The notes below the pieces were generated by a model. It did no database searches, was not told where the DNA came from, and saw only the letters and a program-made list of their open reading frames with translations. Positions 27,496 to 37,733 of a DNA stretch of 64,000 bases are shown piece after piece. Source of the DNA: Capsulimonadaceae bacterium (lineage in GTDB: Bacteria; Armatimonadota; Armatimonadia; Armatimonadales; Capsulimonadaceae); NCBI GenBank assembly GCA_965215505.1, contig OZ244065.1, positions 5,312,001-5,376,000 on the forward strand, read 5' to 3'. Every line of letters starts with the position of its first letter. Position 1 is the first letter of the stretch. A program made the position numbers and the translations under genes.

Positions 27496-29705
27496 GGGGC
27501 CACATGCACCGCATACCGCCCGCCTGCCTTCGTCGGGAACGCGGACACGCCCGACGCCGTCCGCACGCGGCAGGTCCCGCCCTTCAGGGAGTGGATCACC
27601 GCGCTGCTCAACGCGCCGCCCTTCCAGGCCATGTCCACGACGAAGCCGCCGCGCGCCCGCAGGCCCGTCACCGACCCCGCCGCCCAGGCGGAAGGCAGGG
27701 CCGGCAGCAGCGCGATCTCGCCGCCCTGGCTTTGCAGCAGCATCTCGGCCACCCCCGCCGTGATGCCGAAATTGCCGTCGAGCTGCACCGGCGGGTGCAG
27801 CCCGAACAGGTTCAGGCTTGTGTTCCGGGCCGAAAGGAGCTGCGCGAGCTGCCGGTGCGCGTCCTCCCCATCCCTCATCCGCGCGAACAAGGCCGTGCGC
27901 CAGGCGAACGACCATTCCCGCACGTCCCCGCCGTCGGAGCGCGCCAGCAGCGACTTCTTCGCCGCCGCCATCATGTCCGGCGTGCCGCCCGCCGTGAACT
28001 GCCGGCCCGGATAGACCCCGAACAGGTGCGACGTATGCCGGTGGTGATCATTGGGATCGTCAATGTCCTCCATCCACTCCTGGAGCTGACCCCAGCGCCC
28101 GATCTTCGGCACGACCAGCCTGTCCCGCAGCGCGGCGATCTTCGCCCGGTACTCGGCATCAACGCCCAGGGCCTTGCTCGCCTCGACCGTGTTCGTGAAC
28201 AGGTCCCAGACGATCTCCTGGCTGTAGCTGACCCCGTCCTCCGTCGGCCCATGCTCGGGCGACCAGGCGTTCGGGACCACCAGGCGGCCATCCGGCAGCG
28301 CCTTCAGGTGGTCCTCCCAGTATTCGGCGGTTTCCTTCATCAGCGGGTAAGCCGTCGCCCGCAGGAACGCCGTGTCGCCCGTGAACGCATAGTGTTCCCA
28401 GAAGTGCTGGCAGTACCAGGCGTTCGCCGTCTTGTCCCAGTTCCACCCCATCCCGCCCGTGATGTTGTGCGACGTGCGGATCGCCCACCCGCGCGGCGAA
28501 AGCGCCCCGTCCGGCGTCTTCAAGTCCGCCGACGACGCCGCCGTCTTCCGCCAATCGGGAAGTTGACTCTGCACCAGATCAAAGAACGGCAGGTGGCACT
28601 CGGGCAGCCCCGTCACCTCGGCGGGCCAGTAGTTCATCTGCACATTGATGTTGGCATGGTAGTCGCTGTGCCACGGCGCATCGTTGCTGTCGTTCCAAAG
28701 CCCCTGCAAGTTCGCGGGCAGCGAGCCGGGCCGCGAACACGAAATGAGCAAATAGCGCCCATACTGGAACAAAAGCTGCTCGAACTCCGGGTCGTCCCCC
28801 GACGCCGCCAGCACCTTCCGCTTGTCCGTCGGCATCAGACGCCGGTCCGTCGGGGACGCCCCCAGGTCCAGATGCACCCGCCCAAAAAGCGGCTGATAGT
28901 CCGCCAGATGAGCCGCTTGCAGTGCTCCAAAGGACTTGCCGCCCGCCGCTTCCACCTGCTTAATGACGCGCGGGGCCGGGTCATCGCCCAGATAGTGCCG
29001 GGCCGGGTCCATGACATAGTTCGTCCCCGCCCCCACCAGCAGCGTCAGGCTGTCGCACCTCGCGAACGCAAGATGATCGCCCGTCACCGAAACCGTCCCG
29101 CCCTGGTGCAGCACCGCCAGCCGCGCCGCATAGCGGATGCCGTTGGGAAGCGCCCCGCCCACCCCCAGCGTGTGCCCCTCACCCGCCGCCGCGCCGCCGT
29201 GCGCGTCCGTCAGGGCCAGCGTCCCCGAGTAGCCGCCCGGCTGGTCCGCCGTCAGATGCACCACCAGCACCTGGTCGGGATGGCTGGCGAAACACTCCCG
29301 CCGGTACTGGATGCCGTTCGCCCGGTACACCACGCTGGCCTCGGCGCGGGCCAGGTCCAGGGACCGCCGGTAGTGCGTCGCCCCGTCCGCCCCGTCCAGG
29401 TGCAGGCGCAGGTCCCCCAAGGTCTGATACCCGCCCATGCTGCCGTAATCGCCCGAAGGGTTCTCGCCCCCCGTCCACAGGCTGTCCTCGTTCAAGACGA
29501 CCCGCTCGTCCGCCACGCCGCCGAACACCAGCCCGCCCATCCGGCCATTGCCGACCGGCAGGGCCTCCTCCATGGCGCTCCCGGCGGGCCGCGTGTACCA
29601 CAGCGTCAAAGCCCCCGTCGGGGGCAAATCCTCCGCCGACCCGGCGGCCCTGGCCGGCACGACGAAGGCGGCCAGCAGGAGCGCGACACAAATAAAGATA
29701 ACCAT
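27492..29705 (-). CDS. GH95 alpha-L-fucosidase-like glycoside hydrolase, exported
   Basis: [69 protein letters not shown]. Confidence 0.93.
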   Translation of the reverse strand: MVIFICVALLLAAFVVPARAAGSAEDLPPTGALTLWYTRPAGSAMEEALPVGNGRMGGLVFGGVADERVVLNEDSLWTGGENPSGDYGSMGGYQTLGDLRLHLDGADGATHYRRSLDLARAEASVVYRANGIQYRRECFASHPDQVLVVHLTADQPGGYSGTLALTDAHGGAAAGEGHTLGVGGALPNGIRYAARLAVLHQGGTVSVTGDHLAFARCDSLTLLVGAGTNYVMDPARHYLGDDPAPRVIKQVEAAGGKSFGALQAAHLADYQPLFGRVHLDLGASPTDRRLMPTDKRKVLAASGDDPEFEQLLFQYGRYLLISCSRPGSLPANLQGLWNDSNDAPWHSDYHANINVQMNYWPAEVTGLPECHLPFFDLVQSQLPDWRKTAASSADLKTPDGALSPRGWAIRTSHNITGGMGWNWDKTANAWYCQHFWEHYAFTGDTAFLRATAYPLMKETAEYWEDHLKALPDGRLVVPNAWSPEHGPTEDGVSYSQEIVWDLFTNTVEASKALGVDAEYRAKIAALRDRLVVPKIGRWGQLQEWMEDIDDPNDHHRHTSHLFGVYPGRQFTAGGTPDMMAAAKKSLLARSDGGDVREWSFAWRTALFARMRDGEDAHRQLAQLLSARNTSLNLFGLHPPVQLDGNFGITAGVAEMLLQSQGGEIALLPALPSAWAAGSVTGLRARGGFVVDMAWKGGALSSAVIHSLKGGTCRVRTASGVSAFPTKAGGRYAVHVAP

Positions 29706-29829
29706 AACGCCAGTTTACACCAAAACTCTGCCTTCTCGCTATCCCCGGCCACACCATCCGAAGCCCCGAAGGGCCGGTCCCCATCAGGCCGGGTTCATCG
29801 CCGGAACCGACAATGGGTACAATCCCCAT

Positions 29830-30786
29830 ATGCCCGACACTGCCTTGGAACTGACCCGCACCCCCGTCAACCGCCCCGCCGACTCCGACCTCTTCTGGCG
29901 GGGCGTTCAGGCCGAACTCGCCGATGTCCCACTGGAATGGGAGCGCCTGCCGGATGCGGGCGGCGAAACCGCCACCCACCGCACAGATTGGCTCCGCTTC
30001 TCCTCGCTCGACGACACCCTCGTCTACGGCTGGCTCGCCGTGTCGAAACACCCCTCGGCAGGTAGTCGCGGCTACCTGTGGCTGCCCGGCTACTCGCTCG
30101 GAAACCCGCCCCCCGGCCCCGAGGCCCTCTACCCGGACACGCTGACTTTGGGCTTAAATCTGCACGGCAACCTGCCCGACACGCCCTACGCCCATCCCAG
30201 CCTGTCCGGCGCGGACTACATCACGTCGGGCATCGGGTCGCCCCGGACCTACATCTACCGCCCCATCGTCGCCCACTGCCTGCGTGCCCTAGAGGTTCTG
30301 GCCCAACAGCCCGAGGTCAGCCCGGACCGCCTGATTGTCGGCGGCATGAGCCAGGGTGGGGGACTCGCCCTGATAACGGCCGCCCTCGCGCCTGCCGTCC
30401 GCCTGTGCCTCGCCGACATGCCCTGGCTCGGCGCGCTCGACCTCGCCCTTTCCCTGCTCGACCGCGCCAGATACCGGCGCACAAAGGCCGCGCGCTACCC
30501 GGACGCCCGTGGCCTGGTCGCCGACTACGCCGAGGCGCACCCCGAACAGAAGGCCCAGATCTACCAGACCTACCGGTACTTCGATCCCCTGTCCCACGCC
30601 CAAAACATCACCTGCCCGACCCAGGTGAGCGCGGGCGGGCGCGACCCGAGCTGTAAGCCGCCCACCATCTACGCCGTCTTCAACGAACTCCGGTGCGAGA
30701 AGGAGATGCTGTACCTGCCCCAGACCGGCCACGAGATCGTCCCGGCTATGCGCGAGGCACACGGGAGATGGGTACAACGGGTGTAG
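29830..30786 (+). CDS. Acetylxylan esterase / cephalosporin-C deacetylase (CE7)
   Basis: GMSQGGG nucleophile, YFDP, GGRDPSCKP, GHE. Confidence 0.85.
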   Translation: MPDTALELTRTPVNRPADSDLFWRGVQAELADVPLEWERLPDAGGETATHRTDWLRFSSLDDTLVYGWLAVSKHPSAGSRGYLWLPGYSLGNPPPGPEALYPDTLTLGLNLHGNLPDTPYAHPSLSGADYITSGIGSPRTYIYRPIVAHCLRALEVLAQQPEVSPDRLIVGGMSQGGGLALITAALAPAVRLCLADMPWLGALDLALSLLDRARYRRTKAARYPDARGLVADYAEAHPEQKAQIYQTYRYFDPLSHAQNITCPTQVSAGGRDPSCKPPTIYAVFNELRCEKEMLYLPQTGHEIVPAMREAHGRWVQRV

Positions 30787-30801
30787 AGGAGAATCAAGAC
30801 A

Positions 30802-31098
30802 ATGGCAGACACCATCGAGGACCATGTCGGCGTGACCCAGCCCGACGCCTTCGAGCAGACGACTTCGGGCGAAAGCGTGACCGGCAAGCACCTGCTGGCC
30901 GACGGCGGCGACGGCAAGGAAAAGGAGGCCACTACGCGGAGCCACCACGCCGGGGCGAGCAGCGAAGCCTCCGCCAATAGCGGTATCCCCAGCGCCGAAA
31001 AGCAGCACGGCGTCAAAGGCGAGGCCTTCGACCAGCAGACCGATCACACCCCCATGCCGGACCGCGTCCTGCCCCGCACGCAGAACCTGGAGCCGTAG
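30802..31098 (+). CDS. Hypothetical hydrophilic protein
   Basis: SD GAGGAG; fills the gap between same-strand genes. Confidence 0.6.
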   Translation: MADTIEDHVGVTQPDAFEQTTSGESVTGKHLLADGGDGKEKEATTRSHHAGASSEASANSGIPSAEKQHGVKGEAFDQQTDHTPMPDRVLPRTQNLEP

Positions 31099-31101
31099 CG
31101 A

Positions 31102-32010
31102 GTGACCCTGCTCCTCGGCCTCGACATCGGCGGCACCAAATCGGCCGCCGTCATCGGCGACACTGACGGCAACGTCCTGGCCCGCGCGTCCGCCCCGACC
31201 CCGCGTGACACCTGGGAAGCGGCCGTCGCCCTGCTCTGTGACCTGTCGCGCTCGGTCTGCCGGGGCTACGGCGTCTCCGTCTCCGACATGGCCGCCCTGG
31301 GCGTCTCCTGCGGCGGCCCGCTCAACTCTGCCACCGGCACCGTCTACGCCCCGCCCAACCTGCCCGCCTGGGAGGCCGTCCCGCTGAAGTCGCTCTTAGA
31401 AGCCGAGTTCGGCCTGCCGACGCGCCTGGAGAACGACGCCAACGCCACCGCCCTGGCCGAACACCGCTGGGGCGCGGGCCGGGGCTGCTCGGACATGGCC
31501 TTCCTGACCATGGGCACCGGCATCGGCGCGGGCCTCATCCTGGACGGCCGCCTCTACCGGGGCCGCCGCGACCTCGCCGGCGAGGTCGGCCACGCCACCG
31601 TCCTGCCCGACGGCCCCCCCTGCCCCTGCGGCAAGCGCGGCTGCCTCGAAGCACTCGCCTCCGGCACCTCCCTCGCCCGCATGGGCCGCGAACGCTATGG
31701 GGAAGACTCCCTCACCGCCCTCGATGTCTGCGCCCGCGCCCGCCTCGGCGACCCCATCGCCCAATCCATCATCGCCGACGTCGCCCTCTACATGGGCATC
31801 GGCCTGGCGAACCTCCTGCACACCCTCAACTTGGAGCGCATCGTGCTCGGCACCCTCGCCGTCCACGCCGCCGACCTCCTCTTAGACCCCATCCGCGCCG
31901 CCACCCAGGCCCACTGCTGGCCCCGCGTCTGGGAAGGCGTCTCCGTCCTCCCCGCCGCCCTCGGCGACGCCGCCCAGGACAAGGCCGCCCTCGCCGTCGC
32001 CCTGCTCTGA
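31102..32010 (+). CDS. ROK family sugar kinase
   Basis: GLDIGGTK, ENDANA, GTGIGAG, GEVGH, CPCGKRGCLE. Confidence 0.93.
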   Translation: MTLLLGLDIGGTKSAAVIGDTDGNVLARASAPTPRDTWEAAVALLCDLSRSVCRGYGVSVSDMAALGVSCGGPLNSATGTVYAPPNLPAWEAVPLKSLLEAEFGLPTRLENDANATALAEHRWGAGRGCSDMAFLTMGTGIGAGLILDGRLYRGRRDLAGEVGHATVLPDGPPCPCGKRGCLEALASGTSLARMGRERYGEDSLTALDVCARARLGDPIAQSIIADVALYMGIGLANLLHTLNLERIVLGTLAVHAADLLLDPIRAATQAHCWPRVWEGVSVLPAALGDAAQDKAALAVALL

Positions 32011-32041
32011 AACCCGGACTAAAAGAATCTTACGAAACCGC

Positions 32042-32070
32042 TTGACAGAACCCTAGCCCAGTGTTATAAT
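32042..32070 (+). promoter_or_regulatory. Consensus sigma70 promoter with extended -10
   Basis: TTGACA (32042-47), 17-nt spacer, TG-n-TATAAT (TATAAT 32065-70). Confidence 0.85.
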
Positions 32071-32076
32071 TGGAGC

Positions 32077-32181
32077 AACCCCGGACAATCTCCGGCTGCA
32101 CATGGGACTCTCCGTAAAGAGCAAGCCCCGTGCAAAGAAAAGCCGTCCCGCGTCACCCCAAAGTGACAGGCACGGCTTTTT
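32077..32181 (+). ncRNA. Putative ~105-nt structured small RNA (unknown family)
   Basis: Between the consensus promoter and a terminator; hairpins CCGGA/TCCGG and TGCAC..CTCT/AGAG..GTGCA; no credible CDS. Confidence 0.55.
32138..32181. terminator. Bidirectional intrinsic terminator
   Basis: AAAAGCCGT..GTCAC-loop-GTGAC..ACGGCTTTTT. Confidence 0.7.
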
Positions 32182-32216
32182 CCATGCCCGCAGGCAACCA
32201 GAGGACCCTCTACAAG

Positions 32217-33986
32217 TTACTCCCCCACCGACACCCCGATCTTGCGCTGGATGTCGTCCAGCACCGTCACCCCCTGACGCACCTTCTCCAGCCCGTCCCC
32301 GATCATCGGGATCATCCCGTTCTCGATGGCCGCCTCCCGGATGACGTGCGTCTCCGCCGACTCCATCGTCAGACGGTTGATGCGCGTGTTGGAAACCAGG
32401 ACCTCATGCACGGCGACCCGCCCGCGCGTCCCATGCCCGTCGCACTTCTGGCAGCCCGGACCCTCGAACAGCACCATCCCCGGCACGTTCCCGCCGCCCA
32501 GGGCGCGGAACATCGCGAGCTGGTCGTTGTCCGGGAAGAACTCCCGCTTGCAGGACGGGCACAGACGCCGGACCAGACGCTGGGCCACCACGCCCGCCAC
32601 CGTCGAGGCGATCAGGAACGGCGGGACCCCCATGTCCAGCAGGCGGCTGACCGCGCCCGCCGCCTCGTTGCAGTGGAGCGTGGACAGGACGAGGTGCCCG
32701 GTCAGGGCCGCCCGGAAGGCGATCTCCGCCGTTTCCGCATCTCGGATCTCGCCGACCAAAACCACGTCCGGGTCTTGCCGTAGGATGGCCCGGAGCTGCC
32801 GGGCGAAGGTCAGGCCCGCCCGCTCGTTGACGTTGGACTGGCTGATGCCCTCCAGCTCGTACTCTACGGGGTCCTCGCACGTCATGATGTTCGTGGAGGG
32901 CGACCGCAGGGCGTTCAGGGCCGCATACAGCGTGGTCGTCTTGCCCGACCCGGTGGGACCCGTTACCAGGATGATCCCGTGCGGCTTGCGAATCAGCGAG
33001 TTGAAGGAGAGCAGGTTGTGCGGCGAGAAGCCCAACTCGTCCAGGCTCATGCTGGCCGTGCTGCGGTCCAGAATCCGCATGACCACGCGCTCGCCGTACT
33101 GCGTCGGCAGGGTCGAGACGCGTAGGTCGATGTTCTTGCCCTCCACCCGCAGCGCGATCCGCCCGTCGAGAGGGAGGCGGCGCTCGGCGATGTCCATCTC
33201 GCCCAATATCTTGATGCGCGAGACGGTCGCCGCGTGCAGGTTGCGCGGCACGGTCTTGATGGTCTGGAGCTGCCCGTCGATCCGGTAACGGATCAGGAAG
33301 TCCTTCTTGCGCGGCTCGATGTGGATGTCCGAGGTCCGCCGCCGGACGGCCTCCGAGAAAAGTGTGTTGACGAATCGGATGACAGGTGCCTGCTCGCCCT
33401 GACGCACCGTGTCGCCCAGATCCAGCTCGTCCTCGTCCGGCACCAGCAGGTCCAGCGAGTCCAGGCTCGCCAGCTCGATGGTCTCCGACATCGCCTCCGA
33501 GTGGGCGTCGTTCTGGGAGGACTGATAGGCTTTCTCCAGGGCCGATTGCAGGCTGCTCTCGCTCGCCAGCAGCGGCTCGACCCGGCGGCGCGTCTCGCGC
33601 TGCACATGGTCTATGGCCTCGACGTCCCACGGGTCCACCATCGCCAGGCTGATCTGGGGACGGCCGTTCAACGGGGCATCTTCGACGGACAGGGGGAGGA
33701 GCAGGTAGCGCTGGGCGATCTCGACGGGGATGAGGGCGACGGCGAAAGGGTCGGGCGCCTCGATCGTCAGGTCCACATAGCCCACCTCCATTTGGACGGC
33801 ACGTGCCTCCGTCACCTGCTCCTCGGTGGCCCAGCCGTTGGACACCAGGACGGAGCCGAGCCGCTGGCCCGTGGACGACTGTACCTCCAGGGCGTGCCGG
33901 ATCTGTTCCGCCGTGATGATCCCGTGTTCGACAAGGATGTCGCCCAGGCGGGGTGTCGCGGTGCGCGTTGCGTTCAGTGTCTGCAT
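32217..33986 (-). CDS. GspE/PilB family secretion/pilus assembly ATPase
   Basis: N-terminal RLGDILVEHG (MshEN-like), SDIHIEP, GPTGSGKTTTLY, EDPVEY, LRQDPDVVLVGEIRD, TGHLVLSTLH, CxxC pairs. Confidence 0.93.
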   Translation of the reverse strand: MQTLNATRTATPRLGDILVEHGIITAEQIRHALEVQSSTGQRLGSVLVSNGWATEEQVTEARAVQMEVGYVDLTIEAPDPFAVALIPVEIAQRYLLLPLSVEDAPLNGRPQISLAMVDPWDVEAIDHVQRETRRRVEPLLASESSLQSALEKAYQSSQNDAHSEAMSETIELASLDSLDLLVPDEDELDLGDTVRQGEQAPVIRFVNTLFSEAVRRRTSDIHIEPRKKDFLIRYRIDGQLQTIKTVPRNLHAATVSRIKILGEMDIAERRLPLDGRIALRVEGKNIDLRVSTLPTQYGERVVMRILDRSTASMSLDELGFSPHNLLSFNSLIRKPHGIILVTGPTGSGKTTTLYAALNALRSPSTNIMTCEDPVEYELEGISQSNVNERAGLTFARQLRAILRQDPDVVLVGEIRDAETAEIAFRAALTGHLVLSTLHCNEAAGAVSRLLDMGVPPFLIASTVAGVVAQRLVRRLCPSCKREFFPDNDQLAMFRALGGGNVPGMVLFEGPGCQKCDGHGTRGRVAVHEVLVSNTRINRLTMESAETHVIREAAIENGMIPMIGDGLEKVRQGVTVLDDIQRKIGVSVGE

Positions 33987-34038
33987 GGATCGTGACTGCT
34001 CTTCCCTGCCGCCGTCTTCGTTGTTCTGTCTTCGGCTT

Positions 34039-34935
34039 CTACATGTGGGCCGCCGTGACGCTGGGCGAAACCCGACCATTGGCGGTGACGGTGATCGTCC
34101 CCTGAGTGTCTGTCTGCCAGACCGCCGCCCCCGCTGCCTGCAAGCGGTGCAGAGTCGCCAGCGCGGGCGGGCTGCCCGGCCCACACGAGATCACCGCGAC
34201 GGCCGGGGTCGCCCGCCGCAGCATCTCGGAGGAGGGGGAGCCTTCGGCGCGGGCGGCGGTCTGAAGGATCATGTCCGTGCAGGCCCCCGTGCATTCGATC
34301 TGCGGCCCCGCCTGGCTGACCAGGTCCCGCTCGGCCTCCGCCGTCGCGGACGCCTCGAACAGGAAAGCCGTGCCGCCGTAGTTGATGCGGCAGACGAGCG
34401 GGTCACGCCGCGAGGCAGGCCCCGTGTCGGGCGGCCAGATGGCCGACACGAACAGCATCTGCCCGACCTGGATCGTGTCGCCCCCATTGGCGGTGCTGGA
34501 CGGGATGTGCGGGATGTGACGCCGGATCGCCTCCAGGGCGTCCCGCCGGGCCGCCCCGGTGTCGGCGACGGGGTTATCCCAGACCTGCGAGACGCCGACC
34601 CCACTCTCCAGCAGGGCGGGGACGCCGCCGATGCTGCCCTCATCCGGCGAGGTCAGGATCAGCAGGTCAATCGTCTTCACGTTCTGCCGCCGCAGGGCGT
34701 CCGCGAGGGCGGGCGCGGCCTGGGCACCCCCCGCGTCCAGCAGGATCGTCCGGCCCTCCGGCGAGCGGACCAGGGTGCAGTCGCCGTCGCCCACGTCCAG
34801 GAACGTCACCGAGAGGCGCGGCAGGGCGCGGCGCGGGTGACCTCGCCGCCAGGCCGTGCCGAGCAGCGTCCCGATCAGGGTCAGCGCGATCAGCAGCAGG
34901 GCCGCGCTGCCGCGCCACAGGGCGGTCGGCTTCAT
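34039..34935 (-). CDS. ComEC/Rec2-type metallo-beta-lactamase-fold protein with degenerate metal site
   Basis: N-terminal TM; FLDVGDGDC, ILLDAG, IDLLILTSPDEGSIGG, AVISCG, WQTDTQGTI. Confidence 0.75.
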   Translation of the reverse strand: MKPTALWRGSAALLLIALTLIGTLLGTAWRRGHPRRALPRLSVTFLDVGDGDCTLVRSPEGRTILLDAGGAQAAPALADALRRQNVKTIDLLILTSPDEGSIGGVPALLESGVGVSQVWDNPVADTGAARRDALEAIRRHIPHIPSSTANGGDTIQVGQMLFVSAIWPPDTGPASRRDPLVCRINYGGTAFLFEASATAEAERDLVSQAGPQIECTGACTDMILQTAARAEGSPSSEMLRRATPAVAVISCGPGSPPALATLHRLQAAGAAVWQTDTQGTITVTANGRVSPSVTAAHM

Positions 34936-35163
34936 CGGCCCGCCCTCCCCCGCCGCCCCAGTGTCCCGGCTCCTGACTTCTGAGTTCTTGACTCTAGTAT
35001 CGGCATTTCCTCGGTGTTTTGCAGGGGCGCGCGCAAGCGCCTCTGCCTCCCGCGCCTATTATAGCATAGCCGCCTTCCGCAGCGCTTTCGGACTTGTGAT
35101 TTTTTTCACGAACAAAGGCCGCACGCGTTGATTCGCCCCGACACATACGGTATAATAGCCGCA

Positions 35164-35763
35164 ATGAGCGTACTCGATGGCGGACCGCTGGAGCTGCGAG
35201 GAGTCACGATGGCCTACGGGCGGCGCACCCTGTTCTCCGCCGTAGACGCAGACGTGCCGCCGGGCCGGTGTCTGGTCGTCACCGGGGCGAACGGCGCGGG
35301 CAAGAGTACGCTGCTGAAGGTCATCGCGGGCCTGCTGCGGCCCGAAGCAGGCACCGTGACTTTCGGCGGGACGCGCGGCTATGCCGCCCCCGACGTTCAG
35401 CTCTACGGCGAGCTGACCGGCCTGGAAAACTTGGCCTTCTTCGCCCGCCTGCGCGGTGTTCCGGACGGGCCGAATGAATCGCTTCTGGCGGAGGTCGGGC
35501 TGGCGCGCGGGCGGGGCCGCGACCTGGTTTCGGCCTACTCTTCGGGGATGCGCCAGCGGCTGAAGCTCGCCGTCTCGCGCGTCGGCGGCCCGCCGCTCCT
35601 GCTCTGGGACGAACCGACCGCCACCCTGGATGGCGCGGGGAAGGCCCGGGCCGACGACATCCTGGCCCGCCACCGCGCCGGCGGCGGCCTGGCCGTGGTC
35701 GCCACCAACGACCCCGCTGAGGCCGAGCGGTGGGGCGATCTGCGGCTGACGATTGGGGCGTGA
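35164..35763 (+). CDS. ccmA: Heme exporter ATP-binding subunit CcmA
   Basis: GANGAGKSTLL, YSSGMRQR, WDEPT; first gene of the ccm cluster. Confidence 0.85.
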   Translation: MSVLDGGPLELRGVTMAYGRRTLFSAVDADVPPGRCLVVTGANGAGKSTLLKVIAGLLRPEAGTVTFGGTRGYAAPDVQLYGELTGLENLAFFARLRGVPDGPNESLLAEVGLARGRGRDLVSAYSSGMRQRLKLAVSRVGGPPLLLWDEPTATLDGAGKARADDILARHRAGGGLAVVATNDPAEAERWGDLRLTIGA

Positions 35764-36454
35764 GTCTCGTATCACTGAACACTGGATAACCTGCGCCTGG
35801 ACCGTCTTCCGCAAGGACCTCCAGGTCGAGCTGCGGACGCGCTACGCCGTGGGGGCCGTCCTGCTGTTCGCGGTCACGACCCTGATCGCCGTCTCCGCCG
35901 CCCTCAGTGCGACACTGGTTCACTCCGAAGTCAAGGCCGCCCTGCTCTGGATCGTGCTGCTCTTCGCCGCCCTGTCGGGTCTGGCCCGCGTCTTCGTGCG
36001 CGAGGAGGAGGCCGGGACCGCGCCGCTCCTGCGGCTCTCCGCCCCGGCGACCGCCGTTTACGCCGGCAAGTGGCTGTTCAACATCGCGCTCGTTTTCGCC
36101 GTAGAGGTAGTCAGCGTCCCGCTTTTTTTGATCGTCCTGCCGCTTGCCACTGTGAACTATGGCCTGCTCTTCGGTGTTCTAGTCTTGGGCGGCGTCGGCC
36201 TGGCCGGTGCCTCGACTTTCGTGGCCGCCCTGATCGCGCAGACATCATCCGGCAAGAGCGCCTTGTTTTTCATCGTGGCCTTCCCAGTCCTACTGCCCCT
36301 GCTTTTGATTGCCGTGCAGGGGACCGTCGGCGCGTTCAGCCCGCTCGCCGTTTATCAGGCCCGCGCCCACTCCGATTTAGGACTGCTTACCACCTACGGT
36401 GTGGTGATGACGACGGCCTCATTTCTGCTCTTCGGGTACATCTGGCATGACTAG
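35753..36454 (+). CDS. ccmB: Heme exporter permease CcmB (start uncertain)
   Basis: KDLQVELRTR, LLWIVLLFAAL, F..EEEAGT, FPVLLPLL. Confidence 0.85.
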   Translation: MGRESRITEHWITCAWTVFRKDLQVELRTRYAVGAVLLFAVTTLIAVSAALSATLVHSEVKAALLWIVLLFAALSGLARVFVREEEAGTAPLLRLSAPATAVYAGKWLFNIALVFAVEVVSVPLFLIVLPLATVNYGLLFGVLVLGGVGLAGASTFVAALIAQTSSGKSALFFIVAFPVLLPLLLIAVQGTVGAFSPLAVYQARAHSDLGLLTTYGVVMTTASFLLFGYIWHD

Positions 36455-37166
36455 CACTGTTCAACAATTGGGCAAAATCGGTATTCTGTTCCTCGTTTGC
36501 GTCGCAACAGTCGCGGGTTTTCTGTGGCTGCTGCCCGCAGAGGGGTTCCCCAACCCGGCCCTGGCCCGTATCGTCGTCTTCCATGTTCCCTGCTCGATCG
36601 TCGGTTCCCTGGTGACGGCCGCTGGTGTCTGGTTTGCCGTCCGCTATCTGCGGACGCGCCGCTTGGCTGACGATGCAAGGTCCTCCGTCGCGTTTGCTCT
36701 TGCGACGCTGCTCTGGTCGCTGACGACCGTGACGGGAGCGCTGTTCGCCAAGGCGGAGTGGGGGACATACTGGAATTGGGACCCGAAGCAGACTTGTATC
36801 CTGATGCTGCTGATGATCTATGTGGCCTACTTCGTCCTGCGTGCCGCTCTGGATGATGTCCGCAAGAGGGCTGCGGTCAGCGCAGCCTACACGCTGTTTG
36901 CCCTGGCCGCTGTCCCCCTGCTGACTCTGGTATGGCCCAACTCGGTCCCCGACACGCAGACGCTGCACCCACGCAATGTTTCCTTCAGCCTGGAGTACCG
37001 GCTTGTCCTGTGGGCGTTCACGCTCGGCCTGACTTTGATCTGCCTTTGGGCCTTTCGCCTGCACGTCGCGCTGGAGCTTATGCGACTGCGGTTGGACTCA
37101 CGCGCACGCGGCATTTCGCGAAGACGAACTCCGACCGCGCCCGTCGTCGTGAAGGCGCGGCCCTAA
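36447..37166 (+). CDS. ccmC: Cytochrome c biogenesis CcmC
   Basis: FHVP, WGTYWNWDPKQT (WWD), LHP. Confidence 0.9.
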   Translation: MTSTVQQLGKIGILFLVCVATVAGFLWLLPAEGFPNPALARIVVFHVPCSIVGSLVTAAGVWFAVRYLRTRRLADDARSSVAFALATLLWSLTTVTGALFAKAEWGTYWNWDPKQTCILMLLMIYVAYFVLRAALDDVRKRAAVSAAYTLFALAAVPLLTLVWPNSVPDTQTLHPRNVSFSLEYRLVLWAFTLGLTLICLWAFRLHVALELMRLRLDSRARGISRRRTPTAPVVVKARP

Positions 37167-37167
37167 G

Positions 37168-37311
37168 ATGCAGAGCCTCGTGCCGCTCATGCTGGTTCCC
37201 CTGCTGATCTTTGTCGGCTTCTGGGCGTACCTGTGGAACCTGGACGGCAAGGTCCGCCGTCTCAAAGACGAGATGAGCCGCCTGGACGGCCCGGACGGCG
37301 AAGAAGAGTAA
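37168..37311 (+). CDS. ccmD: CcmD-like small membrane protein (47 aa; not in ORF track)
   Basis: MQSLVPLMLVPLLIFVGFWAYLWNLDGKVRRLKDE...; single TM plus charged tail between ccmC and ccmE. Confidence 0.75.
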   Translation: MQSLVPLMLVPLLIFVGFWAYLWNLDGKVRRLKDEMSRLDGPDGEEE

Positions 37312-37314
37312 ACC

Positions 37315-37722
37315 ATGAAGAACAAAGGGGCCGTCATCGGCCTGGTCATCATCGTCGCCGCGCTGGCTTTCAGCGGACTGGCCTTTAAGAACAACCTCGT
37401 TAATGCTGTCCCGTTCGCCGATGCCGTCAAGGCGACCGACTCGGACGTGCAGATCATGGGTGCCCCCGTCAAAGGCACGATGAGCTATCATGACACCGCC
37501 CACGCCCTGCGCTTCGACCTGAAAGACACCTCGGGCGCGGTCATGCACGTCGTCTACCAGGGGCCGAAGCCGGAGGACCTGGACTCGGCAATGAGCAAGG
37601 CCGTCGCCATCAACGCCCAGGGGACTTATGACGCCAAGCAGCACGCCTTCGTCGCCGACAACCTGCTGGTGAAGTGCCCCTCCAAGTATCAGGGGACGAC
37701 CGACCGCAGCTACGGGAAGTAG
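37315..37722 (+). CDS. ccmE: Heme chaperone CcmE, Cys-type (System I*)
   Basis: LLVKCPSKY (CxxxY instead of HxxxY). Confidence 0.9.
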   Translation: MKNKGAVIGLVIIVAALAFSGLAFKNNLVNAVPFADAVKATDSDVQIMGAPVKGTMSYHDTAHALRFDLKDTSGAVMHVVYQGPKPEDLDSAMSKAVAINAQGTYDAKQHAFVADNLLVKCPSKYQGTTDRSYGK

Positions 37723-37733
37723 TGGAAACCACC

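Noticed and set aside
26649-30065. 1138-aa plus-strand ORF and other long antisense ORFs (e.g. 14362-15948, 57728-60292, 49708-51006)
   Set aside because: Arg/Pro/Gly-rich shadow frames opposite well-supported genes, as expected in high-GC DNA.
32102-32344. 80-aa ORF as the product of the strong promoter
   Set aside because: No SD, it crosses the terminator and overlaps pilB/gspE antisense, and the translation is low-complexity.
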